DNA of 64,000 nt from Epithemia pelagica (GCA_946965045.2 OX337228.1:5952001-6016000), one strand, 5' to 3'; shown: positions 1 through 11,717, counted from the stretch's first letter. The notes: a model not told the origin generated them from the letters alone. Numbers and translations are program-made.

Positions 1-1467
1 GGCACAGAACTGGTGTGGGACACCAACCAAGACGACAAATCCTCCGAAATTGTCTCGCGCTTGACCATTCTCATGTATTTGAATGACGACTTTGTTGGAG
101 GAGAAACGAAATTTTATCAACCACGACGATATCCAAGACAGACCTTTGTCAGTTCCGGAGAAAGCAACAACCACAACGATTACGACGATTATACGGTGAT
201 TGCATCGGTTCGACCCAAAACGGGGTCCGTCTTGATCTTTCCACAAGCTGTAGGCGAAGCCGCAGTGGATTACGCACGGCAACAGTGGCCCTTGCACGAA
301 GGATCTCCCGTCTTGTCTGGACCCAGTCCCAAGTATGTCATTCGATCCGATGCCTTGTTTGTCACGCAACGACACGAAACATTGGACAAAACGGATCCCG
401 ACTTTCCATTGTTTCAATACGATGCCGTTGTACGAAACACCTTTTTGCCGCCACCATCCAATCAAATGATTTGGAATGTACCATGGCTCAGTCATGTCCG
501 AGACTTGTACAATCCACACATGGGAGTTGAACACGTAGGTCCCTTGTTGTACAGTCTGATTCGTATGGCCAAAAAACGACAAGTGTTGGAAATTGGGGCC
601 GGCTACACAACTCTGTGGATTTTGCAAGCCTTGGCCGACAATGACGAGGAATGGCGTCGGATCCACGCCTTACAGCAACAAGGCCAGTGCCGATTGTTGG
701 ATTACGAATGGACTGTGCCGTCCATTGTCAATCAGTATTTCGATTCGGCCGACGTGCCCGCAGATATACGAGCGGACGATGATGAACTAGATGCTGACAC
801 CAAGAATCCTCGGATGGGAAACCCGGCCAACGTTGACGCAGCGGTAGTGGCACCGCAACCCGCACGATTGTGGTGCATTGACAACTGTTTACATCAAAAA
901 GAAACAGCCACAGGTGCGCAAGCTGTTGCAAAGGCCTTGGGATTGGAATCCTATTTGGAATTTCGAGCGGGCAATGCCTTTGACCTACGGACCCGGGCGG
1001 TGCCGGAACAATGGCTTGACGATGCAAAAGAACGGAATGAGCACCAGGACGACCACACGACGGTGTGGTTGGAACCGAATTCTCTCGATGTAGTGTGGTG
1101 TGATTTTGGGGTGGGTACTCGATTGGCCGAATTTGTCTCGTACACGTGGCCCAGTCTTCGACCAGGTGGATGGTTGCTTTGTCATTCCACCTTGACCAAT
1201 ACCAATACGCGATCTTGGCTCGAAATTATTCGACAAGGAAAGCAACGACAATCGCAAAACAAGGATCTTGACAACGAGACATTTTACAATTTAACGGGGA
1301 TTCCCTCTCCTGACGATTATGTTGAATTGTCCTTGTTGGAACCCCACAAGCGTTTCCAAAACAGTTTGACCTTATTGCAGAAACGACGCGGCACAATGAC
1401 AAATGCCACTAACTCGTCATCGTCGTCGTTTGCCTATGCGGAACCCATTTATTCTCAGTATGCCTAG
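1..1467 (+). CDS. 5'-truncated fusion protein: C-terminal half of a 2OG-Fe(II) oxygenase (P4H-like) followed by a class I SAM-dependent methyltransferase
   Basis: Frame 1 is open from base 1. Oxygenase motifs RLTILMYLNDDFVGGETKFY, PKTGSVLIF, LHEGSPV and KYVIRSD are followed by MTase motifs VLEIGAGYTT, LWCIDN, DVVWCDFG and LRPGGWLLCH. Stop TAG ends at 1467. Confidence 0.8.
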   Translation, partial: GTELVWDTNQDDKSSEIVSRLTILMYLNDDFVGGETKFYQPRRYPRQTFVSSGESNNHNDYDDYTVIASVRPKTGSVLIFPQAVGEAAVDYARQQWPLHEGSPVLSGPSPKYVIRSDALFVTQRHETLDKTDPDFPLFQYDAVVRNTFLPPPSNQMIWNVPWLSHVRDLYNPHMGVEHVGPLLYSLIRMAKKRQVLEIGAGYTTLWILQALADNDEEWRRIHALQQQGQCRLLDYEWTVPSIVNQYFDSADVPADIRADDDELDADTKNPRMGNPANVDAAVVAPQPARLWCIDNCLHQKETATGAQAVAKALGLESYLEFRAGNAFDLRTRAVPEQWLDDAKERNEHQDDHTTVWLEPNSLDVVWCDFGVGTRLAEFVSYTWPSLRPGGWLLCHSTLTNTNTRSWLEIIRQGKQRQSQNKDLDNETFYNLTGIPSPDDYVELSLLEPHKRFQNSLTLLQKRRGTMTNATNSSSSSFAYAEPIYSQYA

Positions 1468-2349
1468 TGGCAGAAACAACAAGCAACGGAACTGAAGTCC
1501 AAATCCTATGCGACACATCCCTCGCAACGGTGTGGACTCGTTCAATGACCAGGATTCTTGTGGAATGAAAAGCAGATGAGTTTGGTCTATGTCGTTCGAT
1601 GGAATAGATCCATCATGATCATCACCTTGTCAAGTTGTGCACAGGTGGATTCCCCAAATGGCATACCGGCCAGGACATCTTCGGAACCAAGGCCTCATGG
1701 TAGGTAGATGTGTTTCCAAAAGGCCTGCACTAGGAGGAGAAATTCTAAAACATATTCTACCTTGGTAGGAGTAGGTAGCTATTCGCTTAGGAGTAGCATG
1801 AAGGAGATCGGGTTTTCATGTGAAGTGCGACTGCTGCAAGCGTCAGGGAACCAGAACACAAAATTTTGTTCTGCGCTGCCGCACCCCCTCCGCATTCGTT
1901 CCCCCGTATTCTGCATTTGAGACTGCGCGATGTCAAGGGATCATGAGAATCGTCTTGTCTCGCGCGTCTGGCGCCATTCTATTTATGTTCTTTACATCGC
2001 AGATTCTTTGTTGTTGAGTTTGTTTGACGTGAACAGTTCACGTCGTCAAAGAATTTGTGTCTCGAAAGCGGGTACCGAGTTGTCGTCGCGTCAGATTCAA
2101 AGACCAGGTTTGAGAAAGTTTATGTCCATGAATTGCGGCAAAAGGAATTGATGATCACACTTGACGTTCATTTGGTTCACTCGAAAATTATTAGCAGAGT
2201 GAGGCGGTCGCAAAACTTAATTCTGACGTCGAACTACACGACTCCCAACATTTCTGTTCAACCCAAGCAAGCAGCAACCTCTTGTTGGGTCCTTCCAAAG
2301 GGACCACCAAATAATCGAAGAAAGACGGGCATTGACTCGTGAAAGTCAG

Positions 2350-5300
2350 ATGCGCTCTGCTCCGAATGCCTCTAGAAATGCAGTTCCTCACAGTGGTGCG
2401 CTTTGCCGCCTGGAGGAAAACTATGAAACATTCTACAAAATAGGAATATCACAGGATGGTGAGAGAAATCAAGAAATGATGTTCGCTCGTCATGAACTCA
2501 TCTTTGCCCAACGTTTGTTTGCTATCCTCGACACCGAGAGTCGAGGCCAAGTTAGTAGAGGCAAGGTCAAAGAGTTTACTACTCAACGTTGTCATGTGTT
2601 TTGGCGCCGTGACGATGATCTACGGAAGCTTAGACCACAAAGTGAACCAACTGCATCCTTTGATGATAGTCCGACGTTTGATGAAATATGGGATTCGGTG
2701 GTTGGCTGTAGTCAGGTCGGAGTCGAGTGCAGTGCGCTCCACTGTGAGCTTGGTCTGGAGGGCTGGATGGTGTTTTGCAGGTTCATTGCCCTTGCGCAAT
2801 ACTTGGAAGCCAAACGTCGCTTTTCGGCGAGGCATCTCCAGCAGACAATGAATCCTCGAAATGCCCCGCGTGGGAGCGAGGTCGTCATGGTCGATGTTCC
2901 ACCGCCCGAGCCACCTTTACCACTTTCACTAGAACAAATGGAGTCCTACGAAAAACGAAAGAATGCGCCACTCCCACTTCCCGAACTTGACCTTGACCAT
3001 AGCTTGCTAGCCGTTCACGATTATGCGCGGAGACCGTCATCGGTTCCGACTGGCTGGGTGAACATTGACTTATTTGGCAACCCTGGAATGGACCTGCTGG
3101 AGTTCACCCTCACATTTACCAGACCACAAAATTCATCTAGTAGCCACATTGATCAAACAGTGGTCCGAAGAAGCATGTCCGACATACAATGGCTTGATGA
3201 CACTATGACGTCGCACAAGGTACTCGGTGGCACGCTCTGTGGAAGAATTCTACCGCCTTTTCCGTCCTCGGGTAACCGGAACATGCTGTCAACGTTCAGC
3301 GAAGATTCTCTCCTAAACTCATCCATAAAGAACACTGGGGGAGCAATTGCCGTTGCAGCTGCAGGTGTGGGCAAGATTCGAAGTGCAGCCAAGAGTTTCT
3401 TTGGTTCGTACTTTGACTTTAAGGCCAAACCTGGAACCAGATCTAGCCTCCCAACGTCGAATAAGAAAACATCGAAATTAATGACAAAATCGGTTGGATT
3501 ACCAGAGAGTTACTACAATCCGAATTCGCACGACGGGAAGGCTCGTCAATTAGAAAGATATCTGAACTACCTTTTGGATCACCCAGCACTGTCAACTTCG
3601 TTTCCTCTCCAGGTTATCTTGACGGTAAGTGTAACGGGTGCACCCTTGTATTCATCGCTATATCGCTCACTCACGGATGAAAACATAACAGGCCAGTCAA
3701 TCGGGGCTGGATGTAGCGAGAAAGTCTCTTGAAGAATGTAGTAAGGCAGCCAAAGAGCTGAAAGCTCAAACTCCACACTTGGATGACTGCGGAAAGCCAT
3801 TCGCTCCACTTTGGGCGACAGCCTGCAGCTCCAGCGATTCATCGTACTTTCCAAATCTAGCTTGGGTTCGTACAGCTGCGCAAGCTGCAATAGCGCTTCG
3901 TGTCCATGGAATGCTGGAAACTACAGGTATGCCATCGGCAAGCGCACGATTACAGCATGCATCGTTACCCTCATTTGGAAAGGCAAAACAGGGGAGCACA
4001 TGGGAAGAAGAGTCAGAACGACACCACGTTGATCAGTCTCATGATGACAGGTCGTCAACTGCTACAACAGGGCAGTCATTTGAGGAAGGCGTAGTGCGAG
4101 TAGAGAGCGAGCTCAACTCTGAGATGAACTTTGAACAGTCCGACGACTGGTATGATCTGTTACCGCTTCCGGTACCCGCTCCAGAGCGACGTATTCTGAC
4201 AGTTGGAAATGCACCATCGACGAGCTCTGCAAAAGTTGATCCACTCTTTCACTACGGCAGTGTTGCCGATCTTGACCTTGCGAAATTCGAATCACGTGGT
4301 GAAGATTCAAGATCTGCCGTGTTAGGAAACATGGTGGTGGACGAAAACATTGGCAAGCTGTCTGAAGTGATCAGGTCTGTAGACCACACTCTTTCGAGGT
4401 GCCTCAACAGTAGTGGCGGAATAGGAAAGGCAAGAAGGGAGAGACTGAGGGTTCAGCTCGAAGTGATAAGGGGGTTGGATTCATGGGCGGGATTACGTGG
4501 TCAGTTCGTGTCGCAACGGGCGCTGCTAAGAGGCGTTGATGGTATGGCTCAAAGCAGAGAGATATACGAAGAGAGCGATTTGATACTGATTGATGGTAAG
4601 TACATATTCTTTCTCTCACTCACTCGCCTGTACGATTTCACTCACTTTTTTCGAAGATTTGACATGGCAAACTTCTCTGGCACACGCTGCCGTTGGAGCC
4701 GCGGAGGACGTTGGTTCCGCGATTCGTGCCTCCCGAACAGCAGCCAATGCAAAAGCCGCCGCAGATTCCGCCGCAAAGTCTGCAGAGACCGCATGTAGAG
4801 AAGGAAATTTTGCGACAACAGAGGAGGCGAGGGCAGCGCAAACACGTTCGTCCATTGCTCAGAGTCATGCAATTCACGCTGCAGTTGTCGACCATGAAGC
4901 AAAATCAGTCAAGAGGCGCGCAACTCTTGCGCTGGCTCACGACGTCAAGTACTGGAATGTTCACCGCAAACGCGAGCTGCTCCGTTCGTGTTTATCCTTC
5001 GTCCGTTTTCAGCATGAAGCAACCCGACGCTCGGTTGATGCCTGGTCTACGCTCCGCGACGGCTTCATTGGTACTCCATTAGTTCACTCGGCACCAGAAC
5101 GAAGAATTTCGCCGCCAAGGTCGCCTCGTATGTCCGGGCTTGAACTACCCTCAAGCGACCAAGATGAACCGATTGCAACAATCTTTCAGTCTCCCGATAG
5201 GAATGGTGGTCCTGTTATCGTACCATCAGACCATTCATTGTTGATCAATCCACCAGGTAATGATGATCAAGAAGACCTGGAGGAAAGTGAGGCCGTGATT

Positions 5301-5651
5301 ATTGACGATTCGATGCCGGATACATCGTTATTCGATGATGAAAGTGACAAGGCTTCGGAGTTTTGTGAACCAGAATTCTGTGACCCAGGTCTGATCTTAC
5401 CGTTTGCAACTGCTGCCCCTATACCCGAAGAAGAGGAAGACCATGGGGAATCTCATTACGGCAGTCAGAGTGGAACTGAATCCAAAGGCGAAGAAATTTT
5501 GAGTGAGTCGATGCAGAGCTTAGTTGACGGGTTAATGAGCTGGGGCGGGGGCCTCGATACAGATGAAGATAATATGGCATTGCCTGAGGGAATGGCTGCG
5601 AGTATCGTGTTAGAGGAAAGTACAGCTTTAACATCAAGCAAGCTCGATTAG
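2350..5651 (+). CDS. Sorting-nexin-like protein: EF-hand/EH-like N-terminus, split PX domain, BAR/Vps5-like coiled coil and acidic tail; 3 exons
   Basis: Three ORFs join in frame through GT-AG introns 3625-3691 and 4596-4656. PX-like VVRRSMSDIQWL...ILPPFP...RQLERYLNYLLDHPAL; EF/EH-like FAILDTESRGQVSRG and GWMVFCRFIALAQ. Confidence 0.7.
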
Positions 5652-5840
5652 TCAAGGTGATGATACCAACAACATACATGCTTAATAGACCATTATTACA
5701 TAACCTCTAAGTCTAAGCCGTCTCTCGCTTGCCGTAGCATCATAGTCGGTCGACGGCGGACGGACGGCTGATTCCCATTCAACATTCAACAACAAAAATG
5801 AGAGAGCCAACAGAATGACGAAGGAGAAACCTCATAAACC

Positions 5841-6686
5841 ATGAGATACTCGCAGTCCTTGTACTTCTCCCTCTTCCTGGGGACGGAAGTGACTCCTTTG
5901 ATCTTTCCTGTTCATGCCTTCATCGACCAAATCATTATCAACCGACGTTCGACTCATAATTCGATTCATCGTCACACACTTGAATCATCGAATCAACATG
6001 CCGATGACGTGTCGTCAACTTCAATTGAGGAAGCTTCCCGGATACTTGGAGACTGGGATCGACTTTATAATCCTGAAAACTCTGTAGCGCCGTCAACAAG
6101 TATGGAGGATCTTCTCCCCAATCTTAAAACTTCAGTTTTGTTTCTGAACGAGTGTGCCTCAGAAGAGCGGGCAGCTGATTCTACTATGGGACGATGTATG
6201 CTTGGAATATGTGCACCAACTGCAGCTGACGGCATTCAAGCGCTGAAGAGTTGGGTTTCTTCATTGGAGCTTCCTCGTGGCTTACTTCATGGAATGGATA
6301 AAGATGGTGTTCCTCTAGAAGGTGAGACCAATGGCCCTTGTGTGAACACTTAGTCCTGTGCTCACATCATTCGAACAGTTTCTGGCGCAGTTTACATCAA
6401 GTACAACAGTGGAGGAGTTTACAATTTTGCGGATATCCGCAAGTCTGGGCTCGGGTTTGATGCTCTATGGAAGGTAAGTCTACAAACGAACAGACGAGGA
6501 CTTCTGACAAGATCCTAACTCTGTCACCTCTCTTGCCTTTGTTTTCTCTCTAATTCTGGCGCGAAGCCTGGAGATGCTCTCCTGGAACCATATGATGGAA
6601 CTTATCGAGGAGTCTATTTTCAAGTAGAACTTGGAGACGGTGAGTTCCGACAATATCTCATGCCACTGGACCTCTTCGATCTATGA
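5841..6686 (+). CDS. DUF1824-like protein, probably plastid-targeted; 3 exons
   Basis: Introns 6322-6378 and 6474-6566 give a continuous frame LGICAPTAADGIQALKSW...GAVYIKYNSG...PYDGTYRGVYF, which resembles the cyanobacterial/plant DUF1824 pattern. Signal-peptide-like N-terminus with VHAF. Confidence 0.65.
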
Positions 6687-6790
6687 TACAAGTGAGGAAA
6701 GGAAAGAGTTATTCTCCCTGTTGGGTCATCCAGGCTTTTGCCCCTGCTAGCCTAGGCAGACCTCTGCGAGTGGTCGCATTGCACCTGCAT

Positions 6791-9301
6791 CTATGGCTTG
6801 ACTTGGGTTGGCGCATCATCGGTTGGAGCTTCCATCCCTGCTTGTCGCAACACAGCATTGAGTTTCAGCTCCGTGTCCTTCAATGTTTGTCTTGCAGTCG
6901 TTAATTTGATTCCAGTATCACTAGCGATTTTCTTCAGATCTGAAAGCAAATCTTCACTAAGCAGACAATCAGGTATAGACGACGAGGCAACCGAACTGCA
7001 GTTCTGTTGAATAGTCTCCCTGAGGCCACTGGCGTCGTTCTCCCAACCTTCCGCTTTGACTTCCATTAGCTCCACGAAGCGGAAAAACTGTGTTTCAGCG
7101 GCCGTAACCTTGGGAACAAAGTCTTTGCATGCTGCAAGGGCTGCGTTTGTGCGACTTTTCAGATTCCGTGCGTTTGTCTCTGCGGTTGCGAGGGTCTCAC
7201 GAATCCGTGCATTCCGTCTTTCTATCTCCTTCCTTGCTTCCATCAATTTCATTATTTGCGCTTTCTGTTCTTCCAGAACTTGAGGCAATGCCTCCCGTCG
7301 GATACGAATCATTTTAGCAAGCTCCAAAACAGGGAGAACGACTTCGTTTTCGCATCGTTCTTGAATAGAAGCGACGACAGCCAACATTTCCGGGCTGATT
7401 TCATCGTGTTTGGTTTCACTTTCCACAATTCGTGCCATCGAGGCCAATCCTTTGTTCACCTTTGCTATTTGCATTGGTGCCCATTCGTGAAACGCGGGGT
7501 TTCTTCGCAATTCCTCTGATACGCGGTTCATTGTCTGGTATTCTGTAGATGCAGCCAAAGGACCTTCCAGTAATGCCTGTGATGTTGGATTGGTGGCCTG
7601 GACAATCCCAAGTTCTCGCGATTCCTTCTTCTGACTGACATTGACGTTTTGAACATGGCCATTTGCGAGTTGTATTAGTAACTGATTGCCCGAGACAGCA
7701 TGACCAAAAGCAACAACACCCTGTACGTTGAAGTTATCTGTAGAATGTTCCATATAGTTCCATGCATCTGTGCTGATTTTCGGCGTCGGACCTTCTCGAA
7801 CACGAGCCCCAGCACACCTCACACAGTTCGACGTAATGGATGCGACCAAACTGTTGGACACAAAGTGAATGAGTGAATCATAATTAGGATCCTGGTAAAG
7901 GGAAATGGACTGGGTATCAGGACCTTCCAGGCCAAGTGCAACCTTTTCTACCCATGCGCTGGACTGGAAGACAACGTCATCCAGCACAAACGAGTCTTTT
8001 CGACTTTCCAGGGAGAACCGTGGAATAATCGTTGTGGGAGACGTGACGCCAATGTCGACGCGGCCTTCGGAGGATGCGACGCAAAAGCCGACAAGGTCCG
8101 ATTTTCCAAAGTTCTCAATGGCTGAGTAATGAATATCCGAATCGGATTCTTCGTGCCCGCTTTTGAACAGAATTGGTCCTTGAATTTGAAGAGGCCATGC
8201 AGAGGCATGCTCTTGCTCATATCGTCGAGCAGTCTTGGCGGCTACAAACTGAGTTTTACGATCCGTTCGAGGAAACACATCGATCAAGTACTGACTAGCC
8301 GCTCGGTACTGCCGCCATTTGGGTTGAGACCTGTCCAATTTACCAAGGGTAGACCTGATGTATTCCATGGTCTCTTCTAGCTTCAGCCTCGGAACAAGTG
8401 TGCCATTGAAGACAAACGGTGAAGCAGCCATGACATCACCACTGGCTTTCAAAAGCAAAATCGAGAGCGAGGATAACAAAGACAGACCATTGGATTGTGC
8501 AAAACAGAAATCAACGATTCGATTGGATCCATCTGTGGTTTGTTCTACTCGAAACGAGAAAACTGGTTCTTTGACTTGCCCATTGGATTCCAATGAGAGC
8601 AACTTGTATTCGAAAACGGCTCGATCTTCTGTAAGCACGGTGAGGCATCCCGAAGGCGAGTGCACCGAATGACCAGTCGATCGCTGAGGTGCTGGTCGGG
8701 CTCGCAAAATACGGGTCGAATAGCCATTTCTCAACAAGAACTCTTGAAAGGGCAAGGTGACGGAAACAATTTCGCTGGGAACGACAGCCCCATGACTGTG
8801 GTCGTAATTGTTCATTTTCTCACTATCAAAGGCGGCTTGTATAACAAAGAGGGATGAATTCGAATAGACACAAAGACGCGGAAGACCGACACGTTTGTCA
8901 TTGTAACGTAACTTGAGCTTTGTCATTTCTGTTCCTTCCGCCTCGACGCAGAAAATCTCGAGAGGAGGGTCGAGAGCAAGTGCATCCTGGATGGATTTTG
9001 GGAGAATGGCTTCGAGAATGGGGGGAACCTGCAGTGAAGTATGTTGCACCTGGTCTCCCGATTCTTCCACAACTCTCGAAATCAAGACATATCGGCCCTG
9101 TTTTCGAAGAATCGAGTGCCATTGTCTGCCCTCCAAGCTCAGGCAAGAGAGTCTAACCGATTTCGGATCTTGTCCCTGTGACTTGGGTGTCGTCCAGGAT
9201 GAAGGAGAAGGGGAGTATTCCTTTTCTTCGCTAATGGGTCCACTGATTCTCCGTGTTTCCGGCGTTGAAAACAGATTGTCTGAAATTCCAAATCTTGGCA
9301 T
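6791..9301 (-). CDS. Nucleoporin Nup88/Nup82-like (beta-propeller plus C-terminal coiled coil)
   Basis: 836-aa single ORF. Beta-rich N-terminal two-thirds with VDFCF...SILLLKASGDVMAASP, similar to the Nup88/82 conserved blade, then a long heptad coiled coil. Confidence 0.55.
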   Translation of the reverse strand: MPRFGISDNLFSTPETRRISGPISEEKEYSPSPSSWTTPKSQGQDPKSVRLSCLSLEGRQWHSILRKQGRYVLISRVVEESGDQVQHTSLQVPPILEAILPKSIQDALALDPPLEIFCVEAEGTEMTKLKLRYNDKRVGLPRLCVYSNSSLFVIQAAFDSEKMNNYDHSHGAVVPSEIVSVTLPFQEFLLRNGYSTRILRARPAPQRSTGHSVHSPSGCLTVLTEDRAVFEYKLLSLESNGQVKEPVFSFRVEQTTDGSNRIVDFCFAQSNGLSLLSSLSILLLKASGDVMAASPFVFNGTLVPRLKLEETMEYIRSTLGKLDRSQPKWRQYRAASQYLIDVFPRTDRKTQFVAAKTARRYEQEHASAWPLQIQGPILFKSGHEESDSDIHYSAIENFGKSDLVGFCVASSEGRVDIGVTSPTTIIPRFSLESRKDSFVLDDVVFQSSAWVEKVALGLEGPDTQSISLYQDPNYDSLIHFVSNSLVASITSNCVRCAGARVREGPTPKISTDAWNYMEHSTDNFNVQGVVAFGHAVSGNQLLIQLANGHVQNVNVSQKKESRELGIVQATNPTSQALLEGPLAASTEYQTMNRVSEELRRNPAFHEWAPMQIAKVNKGLASMARIVESETKHDEISPEMLAVVASIQERCENEVVLPVLELAKMIRIRREALPQVLEEQKAQIMKLMEARKEIERRNARIRETLATAETNARNLKSRTNAALAACKDFVPKVTAAETQFFRFVELMEVKAEGWENDASGLRETIQQNCSSVASSSIPDCLLSEDLLSDLKKIASDTGIKLTTARQTLKDTELKLNAVLRQAGMEAPTDDAPTQVKP

Positions 9302-9642
9302 TTTCTCCCTTCCTCAAAGACGTCGTGGTCGCCTTGAAATGCAAAATGGATCAATACCAGCCGGAGGGAGGCTCAATGACAAGAAAGTGTAGATAGATGG
9401 AATGATTGACGATCATTGTCGACCGGCACCATTCTTAGCCTTAACCCTAACGTGCAAAGTTTCAGACGCCTTAGGGTCGCTTGTATCATCTGGATCAGTA
9501 CTCGGTACTCAAATGTCTTCTTGATGTCGTGATACTTCTCTTGTGTTCTGCCCTGCAACCGAGCGATTTGCGATGCGCGAAATGCCAACCACAAAACACC
9601 TTCCAGCTGGCACAAGCTGGGCCACTGGCTGGGTTTCTTTTG

Positions 9643-9679
9643 TAGATTCTTCCCACAGAATCTGAACAATCTGAATCTT
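9643..9679. promoter_or_regulatory. Cluster of three GAATCT cores, a candidate phosphate-starvation (PSR/GARP-Myb) element
   Basis: TAGATTCT 9643-9650 (reverse AGAATCTA), AGAATCTG 9657-9664 and TGAATCTT 9672-9679, about 120-150 bp upstream of the SLC37-like ATG. Confidence 0.35.
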
Positions 9680-9794
9680 TCGCCTCCGCCGTTGCACCGT
9701 CGCAGCCCGTTTGCATTTGCTGTGTTCCTCACACACTTTTTGGTTCTTGTTGGATCTTTCAGATTGAAACTGACAGAAGGATTGTCTCACCACC

Positions 9795-11574
9795 ATGAGC
9801 GAATCGAAACCTCTCCTTGCCGGTGATGATGCCGAGCATCTTCGTCGTCTCAAGGCGTACCAGCCGTAAGTGCCTCATTATTTTTCGGTTCTCACTAGAT
9901 CCCGTGTTGTAAAGAGCCAATGACCCATCATGTGGCTGTGCCTTGTCGACCCGTTGTGGTCCATGTCCACATGTGGTCAAGCCAATGAACATAGATTCGA
10001 GCACTCATCATTGTCGATTGTTTTTGTATGCTTTTGACTACCTCCGATAGATGGGCTTTTTTCATTACATTCGGTGGATATTTCATGGCCCATTTCTCGC
10101 GCAAATGCTACTCTACGGTGAAGCATCCCTTGGAAGAGATTGCCGGATATCCTACCTGGGTTCTTTCTGGAATGGACACCATTTTTATGGCCACTTATGC
10201 TGCTGGAAACATTATCAACGGAAAGCTTGGGGATACCTTTAACCCCACTCACATTTTGGCGGCCGGTCTTTTTGGTTCTGGTATTTGTCTTCTTCTCATC
10301 AACATTGCCATTTGGGGTGACTGGGAGCACAAGAATGCCTTCTTCGCGGATTGTTACATTGATGCCGTCTATTTCTGTTTTGGATTCTTCCAAGCCACCG
10401 GTGGACCGGTCGGAACGGCTGTCATGGGCAACTGGTTTAGCGATGCCGAGTCTGTCAAGAACCGCGGTATGTCTCAGATTGTTGTAGATTTCTTTTCGTT
10501 GTGGAAGGATTTTTCTGACTGTTTCCATGACTTTTTTATTCTGTTTCGAATGACAGGTCTCATCTTTGGTTTCTGGACATGCCATCAATACTTGGGAGAC
10601 ATTACGGCCGGTCTTTGCACTGCCTTGATCCTTCAACTCGGATTGCCGTATTGGTGGGCCTTGACGATTCCTGCCCTTTCCAACATTGCCTGGGCCTTCT
10701 TGACGGCTCAGCTCGTGGCCGATCCTACCACGGTTGGCATTGTCACCCCCGAGCTCAAGATTCGTATGGAAAAGTTGGAAGCCAAACGCAAAGAACTGGC
10801 CGAAAAGGGCGAATCCATGGTGGAAGACGAGGGTCCCAAGCCCATTTCCTATGCTGCTGCCATTAAAATCCCCATGGTTGCTCAGTATGCCTTGGCCTTT
10901 GGCTTTTTCAAGCTTACTAACTACGTCCTCTTCTTTTGGCTCCCATACTTCCTCGGAAGTCACTTTGACGACACGACGGCCAACCTTATCGCCTTGCTCT
11001 ATTCCGTTGGTATGATGCCCGGAGGTGTGATTGTCGGATACGTTTCCGATATCTTTGGAGGTCGCCGTGCGGTTGTGATTGGAACATTCATGTTGACACT
11101 CATGTTCTTTTTGGCCTTTTTTGCCGCCAAGTCCGAATCTGGTATGGAACCCATTACCCTCCTCGCGTTGCTTGGTATTATGGGTATTCTTGTGGGAGGG
11201 TAAGTCTTGATTGATTGTTTGCATGTCTTTCAAATGCGTCCTAATAACCAGCTGCTCACATTTGTTATTCATTATGATCACGTCGCAGACCAAACAACAT
11301 TATTACCTCTGCCGTTGCGGCCGACTTGGCGTCTCATCCGTCGATTCGTGGAAACAACAAGAGCTTGGGTACTGTCACTGGATTGATCAATGGAACCGGT
11401 TCCATTACTGCCTCGCTCGGTCTGTTTGCCATTGGTCCCCTCTCGCAAAACTATGGCTGGGGCGCCGTTTGGATCTTCCTAATGTTTTGCACAGCCGCCG
11501 GAACTCTCCTCATGTCCACCAAGATTTATGCGGAACTCTTCCCGCCCCGTAACGCGGCCAGTGTTACCGTTTAA
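9795..11574 (+). CDS. MFS organophosphate:Pi antiporter family transporter (SLC37/GlpT-like glycerol-3-phosphate or sugar-phosphate exchanger); 4 exons
   Basis: ATG 9795; introns 9866-10050, 10467-10556 and 11200-11288. Motifs YFMAHFSRK, GIINGKLGD, FQATGGP...VMGNWF, RGLIFGFW, FFKLTNYVLFFWLPY, GPNNIITSAVAADL and TVTGLINGTGSI match SLC37 signatures. Confidence 0.92.
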
Positions 11575-11717
11575 ATTGCTGGTGTATATCTAAGGTAGAC
11601 CCACACAACGACGATGCATATCGAATCTACTAGTATGATGATGAATGTTATTGTCGGATGAATAAACGACTCTTATAGTATTTCGAGTAGGTGAAGCTCT
11701 TTTCATGAAGAGCAAAA

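Noticed and set aside
1465-1551. Plausible-looking peptide (WQKQQATELKSK...) after the TAG of the first gene, suggesting readthrough
   Set aside because: Short, with no readthrough context evidence; chance cannot be excluded.
2026-2044. Perfect 9-bp inverted repeat GACGTGAAC-A-GTTCACGTC
   Set aside because: One such palindrome is roughly expected by chance in 64 kb, and no second copy was seen.
9438-9451. CCTTAACCCTAAC telomere-like word
   Set aside because: A single unit, not an array.
9977-11293. 438-aa antisense ORF over the SLC37-like gene
   Set aside because: It mirrors the codon frame of a well-supported sense gene with strong codon bias and has no recognisable motifs, so it is a typical shadow ORF.
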